Positions 27,461 to 37,690 of a stretch of DNA of 64,000 nucleotides are shown here, piece after piece. Source of the stretch: Nostoc sp. (GTDB taxonomy: Bacteria > Cyanobacteriota > Cyanobacteriia > Cyanobacteriales > Nostocaceae); the NCBI GenBank assembly GCA_036918135.1, contig JBALDB010000011.1:64001-128000 (forward strand), given 5' to 3'. The translations under genes were made by a program, and so were the position numbers. The stretch's first letter is position 1, and each line of letters starts with the position of its first letter. The notes beneath the pieces are model-generated. The model searched no databases, was not told where the DNA came from, and saw only the letters and a list, made by a program, of their open reading frames with translations.

Positions 27461-29587
27461 CTACCTCAGTGATACTTCCAGAGGTAGTTTCAATATATTA
27501 ACAACCATACCGATTAATTTAGTAGGGTCGATTGGTTTAGATAGATGCTGTTGAAATCCGGCTGCAAGTGCTTGTAAGCGATCTTCTTCTCTGGTGTATG
27601 CAGTTAAAGCGATCGCCGGAATGCCTCCGCCTTTTTCTGGTTCTAAAGAACGCAGTTTACGAATCAGCGTATAACCATCTTGCTCTGACATCCCGATGTC
27701 ACTAATTAGGATATCTGGTTTTGCTTGTTCGACTACTGCTAGTGCTTCATCCACTGAGGCGACGGCAGTGGCAACCGCCCCATAGTCCTCAAACATAAAA
27801 CTGAGAAAGTTACGGGTATCTGCTTCATCATCTACAACTAAAACCTTTAATCCAGCAAGAGGAGTAGAAACTCCAGGGGAGGGAATTTCTGCTAGTTCTG
27901 TAGTGGGTATATTATCGTTATTATCTTGTAGCAATGGCAGTCTCACAGTAAAGGTTGCCCCTTGTTCTGTACCTGGACTTTCGGCACAGATGGTGCCTTT
28001 GTGCAGTTCTACTAAATGACGGACAATCGCTAATCCTAGTCCTAGTCCATTGTGCGATCGGGTTGTGGTGCTGTCTGCTTGCCGGAAACGTTCAAATACT
28101 TTCGGTAAAAACTCTGCACTGATGCCAATACCGGTATCAATGACTTGAATTTGGGCGTATTGGAATTTAAGATTTGCAATTTGGGATTCGGAATTAATAC
28201 TTTCGTCAATATTTGAAGAGTTGAAATTTTTGCTCTCAGATTTCCTTCCCAAATCCTCAATCGAAAATCCAAAATAGGTAGACAGGCTGACTTCTACCTT
28301 ACCACCTTTATGGGTAAACTTAATAGCGTTAGTTAGTAGATTCCAAACAACTTGCTGTAAACGGGCTGGGTCGCCATATACTGACCCTATTGAAGTATCC
28401 AAAGCGGTCTTTAATTGAATTTCTTTAGCTTCTGCCAAGGGACGCACTGCCTCTAAGGCTGCCTCCATCACTGAAATTAGATTCACTGCACATATATTTA
28501 ATCGCAACTGACCGCGAATAATCCGCGATACATCCAAGATGTCCTCAATTAATTGCATTTGAGATGTAGCGTTGCGTTCGATCGCTTCCAAGGCGCGGGA
28601 AGTGGCTTTTTCATCAAGTTTCTTCGACCGCAGGATTTTTGACCAGCCAAGCATGGAAGTTAGGGGTGTGCGGAGTTCGTGGGAGAGAACAGCGAGAAAT
28701 TCATCTTTCATGCGATTTGCTGCTTCTGCTTCCTGTCTTGCCGTTTGTTCTCGAATTACTTGAGCGCGGACTTCTTCTGCTTGCTTGCGTTCAGTAATAT
28801 CTTCCAGGGTACCTACATACCCCAATAATTCCCCTTGACCGGAAAGCATCGGTGATGAGCGTACCTGAACCCAAAGAACATTGCCATGAGCAGTTTGAAA
28901 ACGAAATTCTTGGGAGTAGTCGCGACCTTGATTAATGTAGGTAGACCAACTAGTAACTGCTCGTTCTCTATCCTCAGGATGAACAGATTCCAGCCATCTA
29001 TTTTCTAAACTTTCTGCCGCTTTCATGCCACAGATTGTCTGATAACGCGGATTCGTATACCTACAGCGCCCTTCTGTATCAATTTCAAAAATGCCAACTG
29101 GCGAGCAGGTACTCAGAGAACGAAATCTCTCTTCACTTTGCCGCAGTTCGGCATTAACTGCTACTAGTTGCGCTGCTTGTTGCTTGACGGCTTCTGTTTT
29201 TTTAAATAGTTCTACGAATACTGTGACTTTAGAAGTTAGGATATTGGGATCTATAGGTTTGAGCAAATAATCTACTGCACCCAAGGCATAACCTTTAAAC
29301 AGCATTTGGTCACTGGTGCTGAAGGCGGTAAGAAAGATTATTGGGGTGTGACGCGATCGCCCACGATTACGAATCAAAGTAGCAGTTTCAAAGCCATCCA
29401 TTCCTGGCATTTGCACATCCAACAAAATCACTGCAAAGTCCTGATGCAGCAGACACCTTAAAGCTTCTTCCCCAGAAGTAGCTCTAACCAGATTTTCACC
29501 CAGTTTTTCTAGGATTGCCTCTAGTGCAAGTAAATTTTCCAGCTTATCATCTACTAGGAGGATGTTTACTTTGGGTTCCATCTGCAT
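27461..29587 (-). CDS. Hybrid sensor histidine kinase (REC-PAS-HisKA-HATPase-REC)
   Basis: ILLVDD..DVQMP, PAS, LSHELRTPL, NLLTNAIKFT, GLGLGL, C-terminal REC; start MQMEPK inferred. Confidence 0.92.
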   Translation of the reverse strand: MQMEPKVNILLVDDKLENLLALEAILEKLGENLVRATSGEEALRCLLHQDFAVILLDVQMPGMDGFETATLIRNRGRSRHTPIIFLTAFSTSDQMLFKGYALGAVDYLLKPIDPNILTSKVTVFVELFKKTEAVKQQAAQLVAVNAELRQSEERFRSLSTCSPVGIFEIDTEGRCRYTNPRYQTICGMKAAESLENRWLESVHPEDRERAVTSWSTYINQGRDYSQEFRFQTAHGNVLWVQVRSSPMLSGQGELLGYVGTLEDITERKQAEEVRAQVIREQTARQEAEAANRMKDEFLAVLSHELRTPLTSMLGWSKILRSKKLDEKATSRALEAIERNATSQMQLIEDILDVSRIIRGQLRLNICAVNLISVMEAALEAVRPLAEAKEIQLKTALDTSIGSVYGDPARLQQVVWNLLTNAIKFTHKGGKVEVSLSTYFGFSIEDLGRKSESKNFNSSNIDESINSESQIANLKFQYAQIQVIDTGIGISAEFLPKVFERFRQADSTTTRSHNGLGLGLAIVRHLVELHKGTICAESPGTEQGATFTVRLPLLQDNNDNIPTTELAEIPSPGVSTPLAGLKVLVVDDEADTRNFLSFMFEDYGAVATAVASVDEALAVVEQAKPDILISDIGMSEQDGYTLIRKLRSLEPEKGGGIPAIALTAYTREEDRLQALAAGFQQHLSKPIDPTKLIGMVVNILKLPLEVSLR

Positions 29588-29603
29588 GGGTTCATTTCCG
29601 TGA

Positions 29604-30164
29604 TTAGTAACAAAGCTTGACCATTTGGTCAGCAATGTCTGAGAGTGTCAAAATCCAGTCTACTGCAACAGCAGAAATTGCTGCCTCTGGCATAATACAG
29701 CTCTCAGCTGTAGCGGGTTTTTGTACAATAGTGGTTCCTCCCCGCGCTTTTATCTTTTTTAACCCTTGCATACCATCGTGGTTTGCTCCCGTCAATATTA
29801 TACCAATAACTTGCTCGCCATAAATATCCGCTGCCGACTCAAACAACACATCGATTGATGGTCGGGCATAGGAAACAGGCTCATCAATTGAGAGGGCAAA
29901 GTAACCTGGTTCAACGAGCAAGTGATAATCTGCTGGAGCTAGGTAGACATGTCTTGGTAGTATTTCGTCTTTGTCTTCCACTTCTCGAATCGGCAAGAAA
30001 ATTGATTCTTGTAATAATTGCTGGAGTGCATTATTCGACTCTTTGTGACGGTGTTGCACGATCGCGATCGGTACTGAAAAATCTGTTGGTAATTTTTCTA
30101 AGATAATTTTTAGTGCTGATAATCCACCTAATGAAGTACCAATTACTACAATTTGAAATGACAT
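29604..30164 (-). CDS. cheB: Stand-alone CheB-type methylesterase
   Basis: GTSLGG, VQH, RPSIDVLF, LTGANHDG motifs; no REC domain; start MSFQIV inferred. Confidence 0.85.
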   Translation of the reverse strand: MSFQIVVIGTSLGGLSALKIILEKLPTDFSVPIAIVQHRHKESNNALQQLLQESIFLPIREVEDKDEILPRHVYLAPADYHLLVEPGYFALSIDEPVSYARPSIDVLFESAADIYGEQVIGIILTGANHDGMQGLKKIKARGGTTIVQKPATAESCIMPEAAISAVAVDWILTLSDIADQMVKLCY

Positions 30165-30988
30165 TAATTTAGCCCTCATACCCACTGAATGTTGTCATTG
30201 GGCATGGGGTATGGGGTATGGGGCAAACAGGGAGTGTGGGAGGAGTAAGGTGGTGGGGTGAAAATTCTCTCCCCATTGCCCATCTCCTGTTTGGTGAGTT
30301 TCGACTACGCAGTAGTTGAATCTCGACTTCGCTCGATTTTTGCAAAGTCGAAACTCAACTACCGCCAAATCAACCACATCTCCTTCATCTTCCCCATTCC
30401 TCATTCCCTACTCCCTAATCCCTACTTTTCCCCAAACTACTGAAGATTATATATTTTTGTTATTTTCTTTACAAATAAATATTTTATAAATGTGAAATAC
30501 TTGACATCAAATTATTGTTTTTAGTTTTAATAATGTTTTAATTATGCAAACTTAAATACAGTAAAAAATATTTTTTTTGCTAACTAACTAAGTTTAAAAC
30601 TTTAATATTTTATTTTTTGACAATTCATAAAAATTTACTTAAGCTAAAAGATAGGTTAAGTAAATCAATGAATAACAGCAATTATGTTTAGCTCCATCAA
30701 CAATTGCTGTTGTAGACTATCAGCATGAGGAAAGGAATCGCAAGAACCATTATTGTTTATAGACATTCACCAGATTTGACTACAAAAGGCTAAGACACAA
30801 TCGAGGATATTGCACCGCGCAAATATTAAATCATTAAACAGTTATTAAAATTTTCCTAAGCGACTGATAACTAATAACTGTTGAACAGATTTACGTAATT
30901 TATGAATGGATACTTTTAGTGAGATTAGTGAGTATCTATAGAACTTTGAAGTTTGATTGAGTGCGGTAAATATATCCAGGAGAATACA

Positions 30989-31489
30989 ATGCTTGAGAAT
31001 TTTACATCTTTAAATGACCACAATTTGCCGTATCCAGATACGATTCATCCAATCTTTGTCCACTTTGTAATTGCGATGGTATTGTTTTCCTTTTTGTGCG
31101 ATGTAATTGGCTACTTTACTGGTAAAACTCGGCTTTTTGAGGTGAGTTGGTGGAATATGTCTGTTGCCACAATCGCCATCTTCATCGCCATCATTTTTGG
31201 TCAGTTTGAAGCTGGTTTAGCACACCCTTACAGCCTAGCTAAATCAGTGCTGAATTTGCATACATTGATTGGTTGGTCGCTTTCGGGAATTATCGCTGGA
31301 ATTACAGCTTGGCGCTATGTTATTCGTACCCGAAACCCCCAAAAAGTACCGATTTACTATCTAGGAGCCGGACTAATTTTAATCTTGATAGTTGGCTTGC
31401 AGGTATATCTCGGAGACCAACTTGTTTGGGTGTATGGACTGCATACAGTACCAGTTGTAGAAGCAGTAAAGGATGGTTTATTGCCATGA
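30989..31489 (+). CDS. DUF2231 membrane protein
   Basis: IHPIFVHFVIA motif, several TMs; first gene of oxidase operon. Confidence 0.85.
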   Translation: MLENFTSLNDHNLPYPDTIHPIFVHFVIAMVLFSFLCDVIGYFTGKTRLFEVSWWNMSVATIAIFIAIIFGQFEAGLAHPYSLAKSVLNLHTLIGWSLSGIIAGITAWRYVIRTRNPQKVPIYYLGAGLILILIVGLQVYLGDQLVWVYGLHTVPVVEAVKDGLLP

Positions 31490-32103
31490 ACTTAGAATTG
31501 ATTGACCAACTGAAAGCACAACTAGGTGCAAACGGACTACCTTACACAATTCCCATTCATCCTAACTTAGTCCATCTGACACTGGGTTTATTCATCATTG
31601 GCATCACCTTTGATATCGTTGGTGTTTTCTTCCCCTTTCAAAAATGGGTCTTCAAATATTTAGCAATTACTGTGGAACGCGACAACTTCTTTGATGTTGG
31701 CTGGTACAACATGTTTGCATCTAGCATCATTACATTTTTTACAGTAGGAGCAGGTTTTTACGAAATGCTGTTAGCAGCACCACCAGCAAATGTGAAAAGT
31801 GCCTGGGGATTGCAGGCAATGGAAACGATGCTTTGGCATGGTTTAGGTGGTGTGTTCTTGTTAGCAATGATGGTTGTCATGACCGTCTGGAGAGGATGGC
31901 AGCGCTTCGTTTGGAGCAAACAAGAATATAGACAGACAGACAGACAAGTGCAATGGAGTTATCTGTTCGCAGGCGTAGCAGTCATATTAGTGATGTACGT
32001 CCACGGCACACTGGGAGCGCAAATGGCTACTGAGTTTGGCATACACAATACAGCAGGTAGGTTGTTGCGACTAGGCCAAGACCTCAATACAACACTTAAA
32101 TAG
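31486..32103 (+). CDS. DUF2231 membrane protein
   Basis: IHPNLVHLTLGL motif; ATGA overlap with the preceding gene. Confidence 0.85.
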   Translation: MNLELIDQLKAQLGANGLPYTIPIHPNLVHLTLGLFIIGITFDIVGVFFPFQKWVFKYLAITVERDNFFDVGWYNMFASSIITFFTVGAGFYEMLLAAPPANVKSAWGLQAMETMLWHGLGGVFLLAMMVVMTVWRGWQRFVWSKQEYRQTDRQVQWSYLFAGVAVILVMYVHGTLGAQMATEFGIHNTAGRLLRLGQDLNTTLK

Positions 32104-32217
32104 GTCATTTGTCCTTCGTCCTTCGTCATTAGTCATTTGTCCTTTGCCCAATGACCAATGACCAATGACCACTGACCAATGACCACTAACCAATGACCAC
32201 TGACCAATGACCACTGA
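32103..32217. repeat. STRR heptamer array
   Basis: GTCATTT/GTCCTTC units followed by about 9 CAATGAC/CACTGAC units. Confidence 0.85.
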
Positions 32218-32219
32218 TT

Positions 32220-33146
32220 ATGAAAATCCAGAAGATTTTAAATATTTTGACCCTGTTTACAGGTGCGATCGCAGTAAGTGCGACTAGTCTGTGGATAGGT
32301 AAGCAGGCTTACTCTTGGCTTCCCCCACAAGCAGCAGCTGAATCTCGACTAATTGATGATTTGATTAGTTTCTTAGTAACCCTTGGTGCCTTCATCTTCT
32401 TGGGAGTAACGAGTACTCTGATGTATTCCGTGATTTTCCATCGGGCAGTTAAGGATGACTTTACCGATGGCCCTCCAATTGAAGGCAATATCACCTTGGA
32501 AGTTGTCTGGACGGCAATCCCAATTCTATTAGTGTTTTGGATTGCAGGTTACAGCTACCAAGTTTATGAGCAAATGGGAATTCAAGGCCCAAGCCAACTA
32601 GTTCACCTGCATAATCCGTTGGGAATGGAATCAGCTTATGCAGCAGCAAAAGACTCACCTGCTAAGGCTTTAACTGAACCCGTCGAGAAAATCGATGTCC
32701 TAGCTAAACAATGGGCTTGGGTATTTCATTATCCAGAAACAGATGTCACTAGTAGTGAATTGCATTTGCCGAGCGATCGCCGGGTGCGTTTAGCGCTAAA
32801 CTCACAAGATGTTCTTCACGGCTTTTATATACCTGCATTTCGCCTCAAGCAGGATATTATTCCCAACCATACCATTGACTTTGAATTTACTCCCATCCGT
32901 CCTGGTCAATATCGATTGACCGATTCCCAATATAGCGGTACATATTTTGCAACCATGCAGGCAAATGTGGTTGTCGAATCTCCTGAAGATTACCACCAAT
33001 GGCTGTCCCAAGCCGCAACTCAAAAGCCATCCCCAGCCAAGAATCAAGCAGCTTCTGAGTATGCTCAAACATCCAATCAATCAGTCCAAACTGGTTGGAC
33101 TACAATTGCCCCTGCTGCACCGACTCTCGTCAATTCTCCTGGTTGA
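32220..33146 (+). CDS. coxB: Heme-copper oxidase subunit II, ARTO/cox3-type
   Basis: LEVVWTAIP, KQWAW, DVLHGF; CuA Cys motif replaced by DSQYSGTYFATM. Confidence 0.9.
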   Translation: MKIQKILNILTLFTGAIAVSATSLWIGKQAYSWLPPQAAAESRLIDDLISFLVTLGAFIFLGVTSTLMYSVIFHRAVKDDFTDGPPIEGNITLEVVWTAIPILLVFWIAGYSYQVYEQMGIQGPSQLVHLHNPLGMESAYAAAKDSPAKALTEPVEKIDVLAKQWAWVFHYPETDVTSSELHLPSDRRVRLALNSQDVLHGFYIPAFRLKQDIIPNHTIDFEFTPIRPGQYRLTDSQYSGTYFATMQANVVVESPEDYHQWLSQAATQKPSPAKNQAASEYAQTSNQSVQTGWTTIAPAAPTLVNSPG

Positions 33147-33212
33147 AAAAATTAAACAACCACTTTCTCACCATCTCCCCATTTTCTGTATTTATTAACA
33201 CGAAAGTAACTC

Positions 33213-34874
33213 ATGACTAATGTTCCTATTGACGGCATCAGTATCGCCAGTGAGAACTCTCACCATGAATCGAATGGTGACTGGAAGCGATACTTTAGCT
33301 TTAGCACCGACCATAAAGTTATTGGTATCCAGTATCTCGTAACCTCATTCTTCTTCTTTCTCATCGCCGGTATCTTTGCAATGGTGATTCGGGGAGAACT
33401 GATTACACCCGAATCAGATTTAGTCGATCGCACAGTCTACAATGGCATGTTTACCATGCACGGCACCATAATGCTGTTTTTGTGGACATTCCCCTCACTG
33501 GTTGGTTTTGCTAACTATCTAGTGCCATTGATGATTGGAGCGCGAGATATGGCATTTCCCCGCCTCAATGCCGTTGCCTTTTGGATGGTGCCGGTAGTGG
33601 GGATTCTGTTGATGAGTAGTTTCTTTGTTCCTGGCGGCCCAGCCCAAGCAGGCTGGTGGGCTTACCCTCCGGTGAGTCTCCAGAATCCCACCGGTAACTT
33701 AATTAACGGACAAGTTCTCTGGTTATTAGCAGTCGCAATATCTGGCGTCTCCTCAATTATGGGGGCAGTCAACTTTGTTACCACCATCGTCAAGATGCGC
33801 GCGCCAGGGATGACCTTTTTCCGAATGCCGATGTTTGTCTGGGGAGTATTCAGCGCCCAGATTATCCAACTATTTGGACTACCTGCACTAACAGCAGGTG
33901 CAGTAATGTTACTGCTCGACCTCACAGCTGGTACTAGCTTTTTCGATCCCAGTAGGGGAGGTAATCCAGTGATGTTCCAACATTACTTCTGGTTCTACTC
34001 CCACCCAGCCGTTTACGTGATTGTTCTGCCTGTATTTGCGATTTTCTCGGAAATCTTTCCAGTTTATTCCCGTAAACCTCTGTTTGGCTACAAAGTAGTT
34101 GCTGTTTCATCAATCTTGATTGCAGTAGTCAGCGGTATTGTTTGGGTACACCACATGTACGTCAGCGGTACACCAGGCTGGATGCGGTTGATTTTCATGC
34201 TGACAACAATGTGTGTATCTGTACCTACTGGAATTAAGGTATTTGCTTGGGTAGCGACCATCTGGGGAGGTAAACTACGACTGCATACACCGATGCTGTT
34301 CGCTCTAGGTGCATTGATTATGTTTGTTTTTGCTGGCATCACAGGCATTATGCTTTCCTCTGTGCCGGTCGATGTCCACGTTAACAATACCTACTTTGTA
34401 GTGGGACACTTCCACTACGTCCTCTATGGCACCGTGACGATGGGTTTATATGCTGCTATTTACCACTGGTTCCCCAAAATGACTGGGCGGATGTACTCCG
34501 AAGGCTGGGGTAAATTGCACTTCTGGTTAGCCTTCATCGGCACCAACCTTAACTTTTTGCCCATGCACCCTTTAGGACTCCAAGGAATGCTGCGCCGAGT
34601 TGCCTCCTACGCCCCAGAGTATGCATTCTGGAATATCATCGCTAGTATCGGCGGATTTCTCTTGGGAATGTCCACCTTGCCTTTCATTTTCAACATGGTA
34701 ATTTCTTGGATGCAAGGCGAAAAAGCACCTGATAACCCTTGGCGGGCAATTGGACTAGAGTGGTTAGTTTCTTCACCGCCCCCGGTAGAAAACTTTGAAG
34801 AAATTCCTATCATCATCTCTGAACCTTACGGCTACGGCAAATCTGAACCCTTAACAACAAACCTCCCAGAATAA
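33213..34874 (+). CDS. coxA: Heme-copper oxidase subunit I
   Basis: TDHKVIG, MHGT, FWFYSHPAVY, VWVHHM, VVGHFHY. Confidence 0.96.
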   Translation: MTNVPIDGISIASENSHHESNGDWKRYFSFSTDHKVIGIQYLVTSFFFFLIAGIFAMVIRGELITPESDLVDRTVYNGMFTMHGTIMLFLWTFPSLVGFANYLVPLMIGARDMAFPRLNAVAFWMVPVVGILLMSSFFVPGGPAQAGWWAYPPVSLQNPTGNLINGQVLWLLAVAISGVSSIMGAVNFVTTIVKMRAPGMTFFRMPMFVWGVFSAQIIQLFGLPALTAGAVMLLLDLTAGTSFFDPSRGGNPVMFQHYFWFYSHPAVYVIVLPVFAIFSEIFPVYSRKPLFGYKVVAVSSILIAVVSGIVWVHHMYVSGTPGWMRLIFMLTTMCVSVPTGIKVFAWVATIWGGKLRLHTPMLFALGALIMFVFAGITGIMLSSVPVDVHVNNTYFVVGHFHYVLYGTVTMGLYAAIYHWFPKMTGRMYSEGWGKLHFWLAFIGTNLNFLPMHPLGLQGMLRRVASYAPEYAFWNIIASIGGFLLGMSTLPFIFNMVISWMQGEKAPDNPWRAIGLEWLVSSPPPVENFEEIPIIISEPYGYGKSEPLTTNLPE

Positions 34875-34924
34875 CCTTAGGGAAGACGCAGAAGCCCTCC
34901 GCATACCTCTGCGCTTCCCTTCGC

Positions 34925-35020
34925 GTGACGGCAGTCGCTACAACGGGGAGCCACTCCGTTGGACGGGTTCCCCGGCTTGAAGGAAGTGGCGTGGGAACCC
35001 CCGCAACGCGCTGCCTCCCC
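34925..35020. repeat. Nested palindromic small elements
   Basis: GCAGTCGCTACAACGGGG...GGGAACCCCCGCAACGCGCTGCC interrupted by GCCACT..GGGTTCCCC..AGTGGC. Confidence 0.6.
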
Positions 35021-35061
35021 TTTGCGTTTCAAATTCACCCCTCAAAAACCAAACTCTACCA

Positions 35062-35664
35062 ATGGACAGTTATATCAATTCCCATGAATTACACCAGACA
35101 CACGCAGAACATAGCCACGATGAAGAAGGCAACAAAATGTTTGGATTCATTGTGTTCTTACTGTCTGAGAGCGTAATTTTTCTCAGTTTTTTTGCAGGAT
35201 ATATTATCTACAAAACAACAACTCCTAACTGGCTACCTGTCGGTGTTTCTGGACTAGAAGTAAAAGAACCAGCAATCAACACAGTAGTTCTTGTTGCCAG
35301 TAGCTTTGTGATTTTCTTAGCAGAACGCGCCCTTCAACGCCATGACTTAATGAAATTTCGCCTGTTTCTTTTGGCAACAATGGCGATGGGAACTTACTTT
35401 TTAGTTGGACAAGCAATTGAATGGAATAGCCTCGCCTTTGGGTTCACTTCAGGGGTATTCGGTGGGACGTTCTATTTACTTACAGGTTTCCACGGTTTGC
35501 ATGTTTTAACTGGTATTCTGTTGCAGTTAATTATCTTAGTACGCTCTTTTATCCCTGGTAACTACGATTCAGGTCACTTCGGTGTTAATGCAACCTCGCT
35601 GTTTTGGCATTTCGTCGATGTTATCTGGATTATTTTGTTTATCCTCATCTATGTCTGGCAATAA
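35062..35664 (+). CDS. coxC: Heme-copper oxidase subunit III
   Basis: FLLSES, TGFHGLHV, FWHFVDVIW. Confidence 0.94.
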   Translation: MDSYINSHELHQTHAEHSHDEEGNKMFGFIVFLLSESVIFLSFFAGYIIYKTTTPNWLPVGVSGLEVKEPAINTVVLVASSFVIFLAERALQRHDLMKFRLFLLATMAMGTYFLVGQAIEWNSLAFGFTSGVFGGTFYLLTGFHGLHVLTGILLQLIILVRSFIPGNYDSGHFGVNATSLFWHFVDVIWIILFILIYVWQ

Positions 35665-35947
35665 ATATTGATGAGGATATCTTGTGTATAAGTCCCTACC
35701 GCTAATTCGTTTCTTAATTAGGAAGAAGGAATTGGCGGATGGGGAGAATCACGGCAAATTACTATATCTGTACAAAAAATTAAATCTAATAAAGTTACAA
35801 AAGTTGCTATTTTCAGAAAAACAAACAATCTCACAAAAAGCTTGACAGTACTATTTTTTATCCAAATTTAAATAATACAAATTATCTCAATTTTGTATTA
35901 AAAAAGGGGCAATATAAATATCCCTTTTTTGATAATTTTACAATAAA

Positions 35948-36157
35948 TTAGTCAACAGCGATTATGACATCTGATGATTTGATTATGGCATGTACTTGTT
36001 TGCCTTCAGCAAGTTTCAGATTTTCTGCCGATGATTTGGTAATAATAGCAGTTACCTCTACTCCTGGTGCTACTTCTACGGTAACTTCTGTATTTACAGA
36101 GCCAATAACAACGTTTTTTACAGTTCCTTTGAGAGCATTCCGCGCGCTAACTTGCAT
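35948..36157 (-). CDS. mop: Molybdenum-pterin binding protein (Mop/TOBE)
   Basis: SARNALKGTV..., AIIKSSDV. Confidence 0.9.
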   Translation of the reverse strand: MQVSARNALKGTVKNVVIGSVNTEVTVEVAPGVEVTAIITKSSAENLKLAEGKQVHAIIKSSDVIIAVD

Positions 36158-36466
36158 TTTTTAAATTTTTTGATATTTATAACTACATAAAAATAATAAC
36201 AAGTAGTTCAATCGATTTATCCAGCTATAGATAGAAAATACATGAATTTTTACTATTTTTTAAAATAGCAAATATACACCTTTTTTCCCAAATTATTTGG
36301 TAATGATTTTTGATAAGTAAACTTATATGGTAAAAGACTCAAACATAGTTTACTGAATATAGTAAACAATTTTTGCGATCGCCCAATCCTAAACAGTATA
36401 TATTTTTACCAATTTATTTGGTTTTTTTGGTGCCAAGTTGGTAAATTATTAATTGACTAGGAAAAA

Positions 36467-37306
36467 ATGCTTGAGAGACGGCAAATGAATAATAAAAGAA
36501 TTTCGACTTTTGTGAGTTGGGTATTTATCTCGTTCTTACTTATCGTCGGCTGTAGTCAAACTACAACTACACCTAATTTATCCTCAACTACTAGTCCAGC
36601 AGTCCAAACAGCAAATTTGACGATATCAGCAGCTGCTAGCCTCAAAGATGCAATGGACGAAATCAAGCCTCTTTACAGCAAAGAAAAGCCAAACATTACA
36701 TTGAGCTATAACTTTGGTTCGTCTGGTGCTTTACAACAACAGATTGAACAGGGTGCGGGAGTTGACGTTTTCATCTCAGCTGCAACTAAACAGATAGATG
36801 CTTTACAGAAAAAAGGTTTGTTAGTTGATGGAACTCGCAAGGACTTGCTAAAAAATCAAGTGGTGTTGATAATACCCCAAAATTCCACCACAGGTGTAGC
36901 TGATTTTCAAAGCTTAACTTCACCACGAATTAAAAAAATTGCTTTAGGCGAACCTAAAAGTGTCCCTGCTGGACAATATGCTCAACAAGTTTTAACTTCA
37001 TTAAAAATTATTGACCCAGTTAAAAGCAAAGCCGTCTATGCTAAAGACGTTCGTCAAGCTCTCAATTATGTAGAATCAGGCAATGCTGATGCTGGAATTG
37101 TCTACCTTTCTGATGCTAAAAGTACGCCAAAAGTCAAAATTGTAGCAACTGCATCTGAAAAAACTCATTCTCCTGTCGTCTATCCGATTGCAGTTCTCAA
37201 GAGCAGTAAAAATGTGAATGCTGCTAAGGATTTTGAAGAATTTTTATCAGGCAATGAAGCCAAGACAGTGTTTGAAAAACAGGGATTTACGGTAGCTGGT
37301 AGTTAA
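36467..37306 (+). CDS. modA: Molybdate ABC transporter substrate-binding lipoprotein
   Basis: Lipobox LIVGC, ISAAASL, FGSSGALQQQIEQGA, VPAGQY, DAGIVY. Confidence 0.93.
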   Translation: MLERRQMNNKRISTFVSWVFISFLLIVGCSQTTTTPNLSSTTSPAVQTANLTISAAASLKDAMDEIKPLYSKEKPNITLSYNFGSSGALQQQIEQGAGVDVFISAATKQIDALQKKGLLVDGTRKDLLKNQVVLIIPQNSTTGVADFQSLTSPRIKKIALGEPKSVPAGQYAQQVLTSLKIIDPVKSKAVYAKDVRQALNYVESGNADAGIVYLSDAKSTPKVKIVATASEKTHSPVVYPIAVLKSSKNVNAAKDFEEFLSGNEAKTVFEKQGFTVAGS

Positions 37307-37392
37307 TAGTAAAAAACTTCAACAGGGCTAATTAAGTATTTAACACATTACTCAAACTAGCCCTAATAAACAGCGTTCCGAACCAAAAAACT

Positions 37393-37455
37393 ATGCCACT
37401 AAATTTATTACTCCTGTGAATATAATTTAAAACTTTATTTCTTGCATTACCTCTA
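37393..37455 (+). pseudogene. modB: 5' remnant of modB
   Basis: Reads MPLNLLLL*I*FKTLFLA, resembling the cyanobacterial ModB N-terminus (recalled as MPLDLSPLWISLKT), at the expected position after modA. Confidence 0.5.
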
Positions 37456-37690
37456 AAAATTCCCCAATTAAGTTATGGTTTCTTAACAAATAGGAAAAGC
37501 TTGTGTATTACCAATAAATTTGGTATTGTAGTTTTAAATTATTTTTGTGAAATTCACATAGGTAATTTCCTAAAGGAATTTTTTTAGAAAATTCTCAACC
37601 GGACACCAAGTATTTATGAATTGCCTCACTTGTAATTTGAAGCGAGGTAATAGATTGTCGTGGAATTTGTACTAATTGGAGTGAGGTTTG

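Noticed and set aside
30195..30443. Short ORFs upstream of cheB
   Set aside because: Composed of STRR heptamers and palindromic repeats
36160..36466. ModE box or Moco riboswitch between mop and modA
   Set aside because: AT-rich with no convincing consensus or structure by eye
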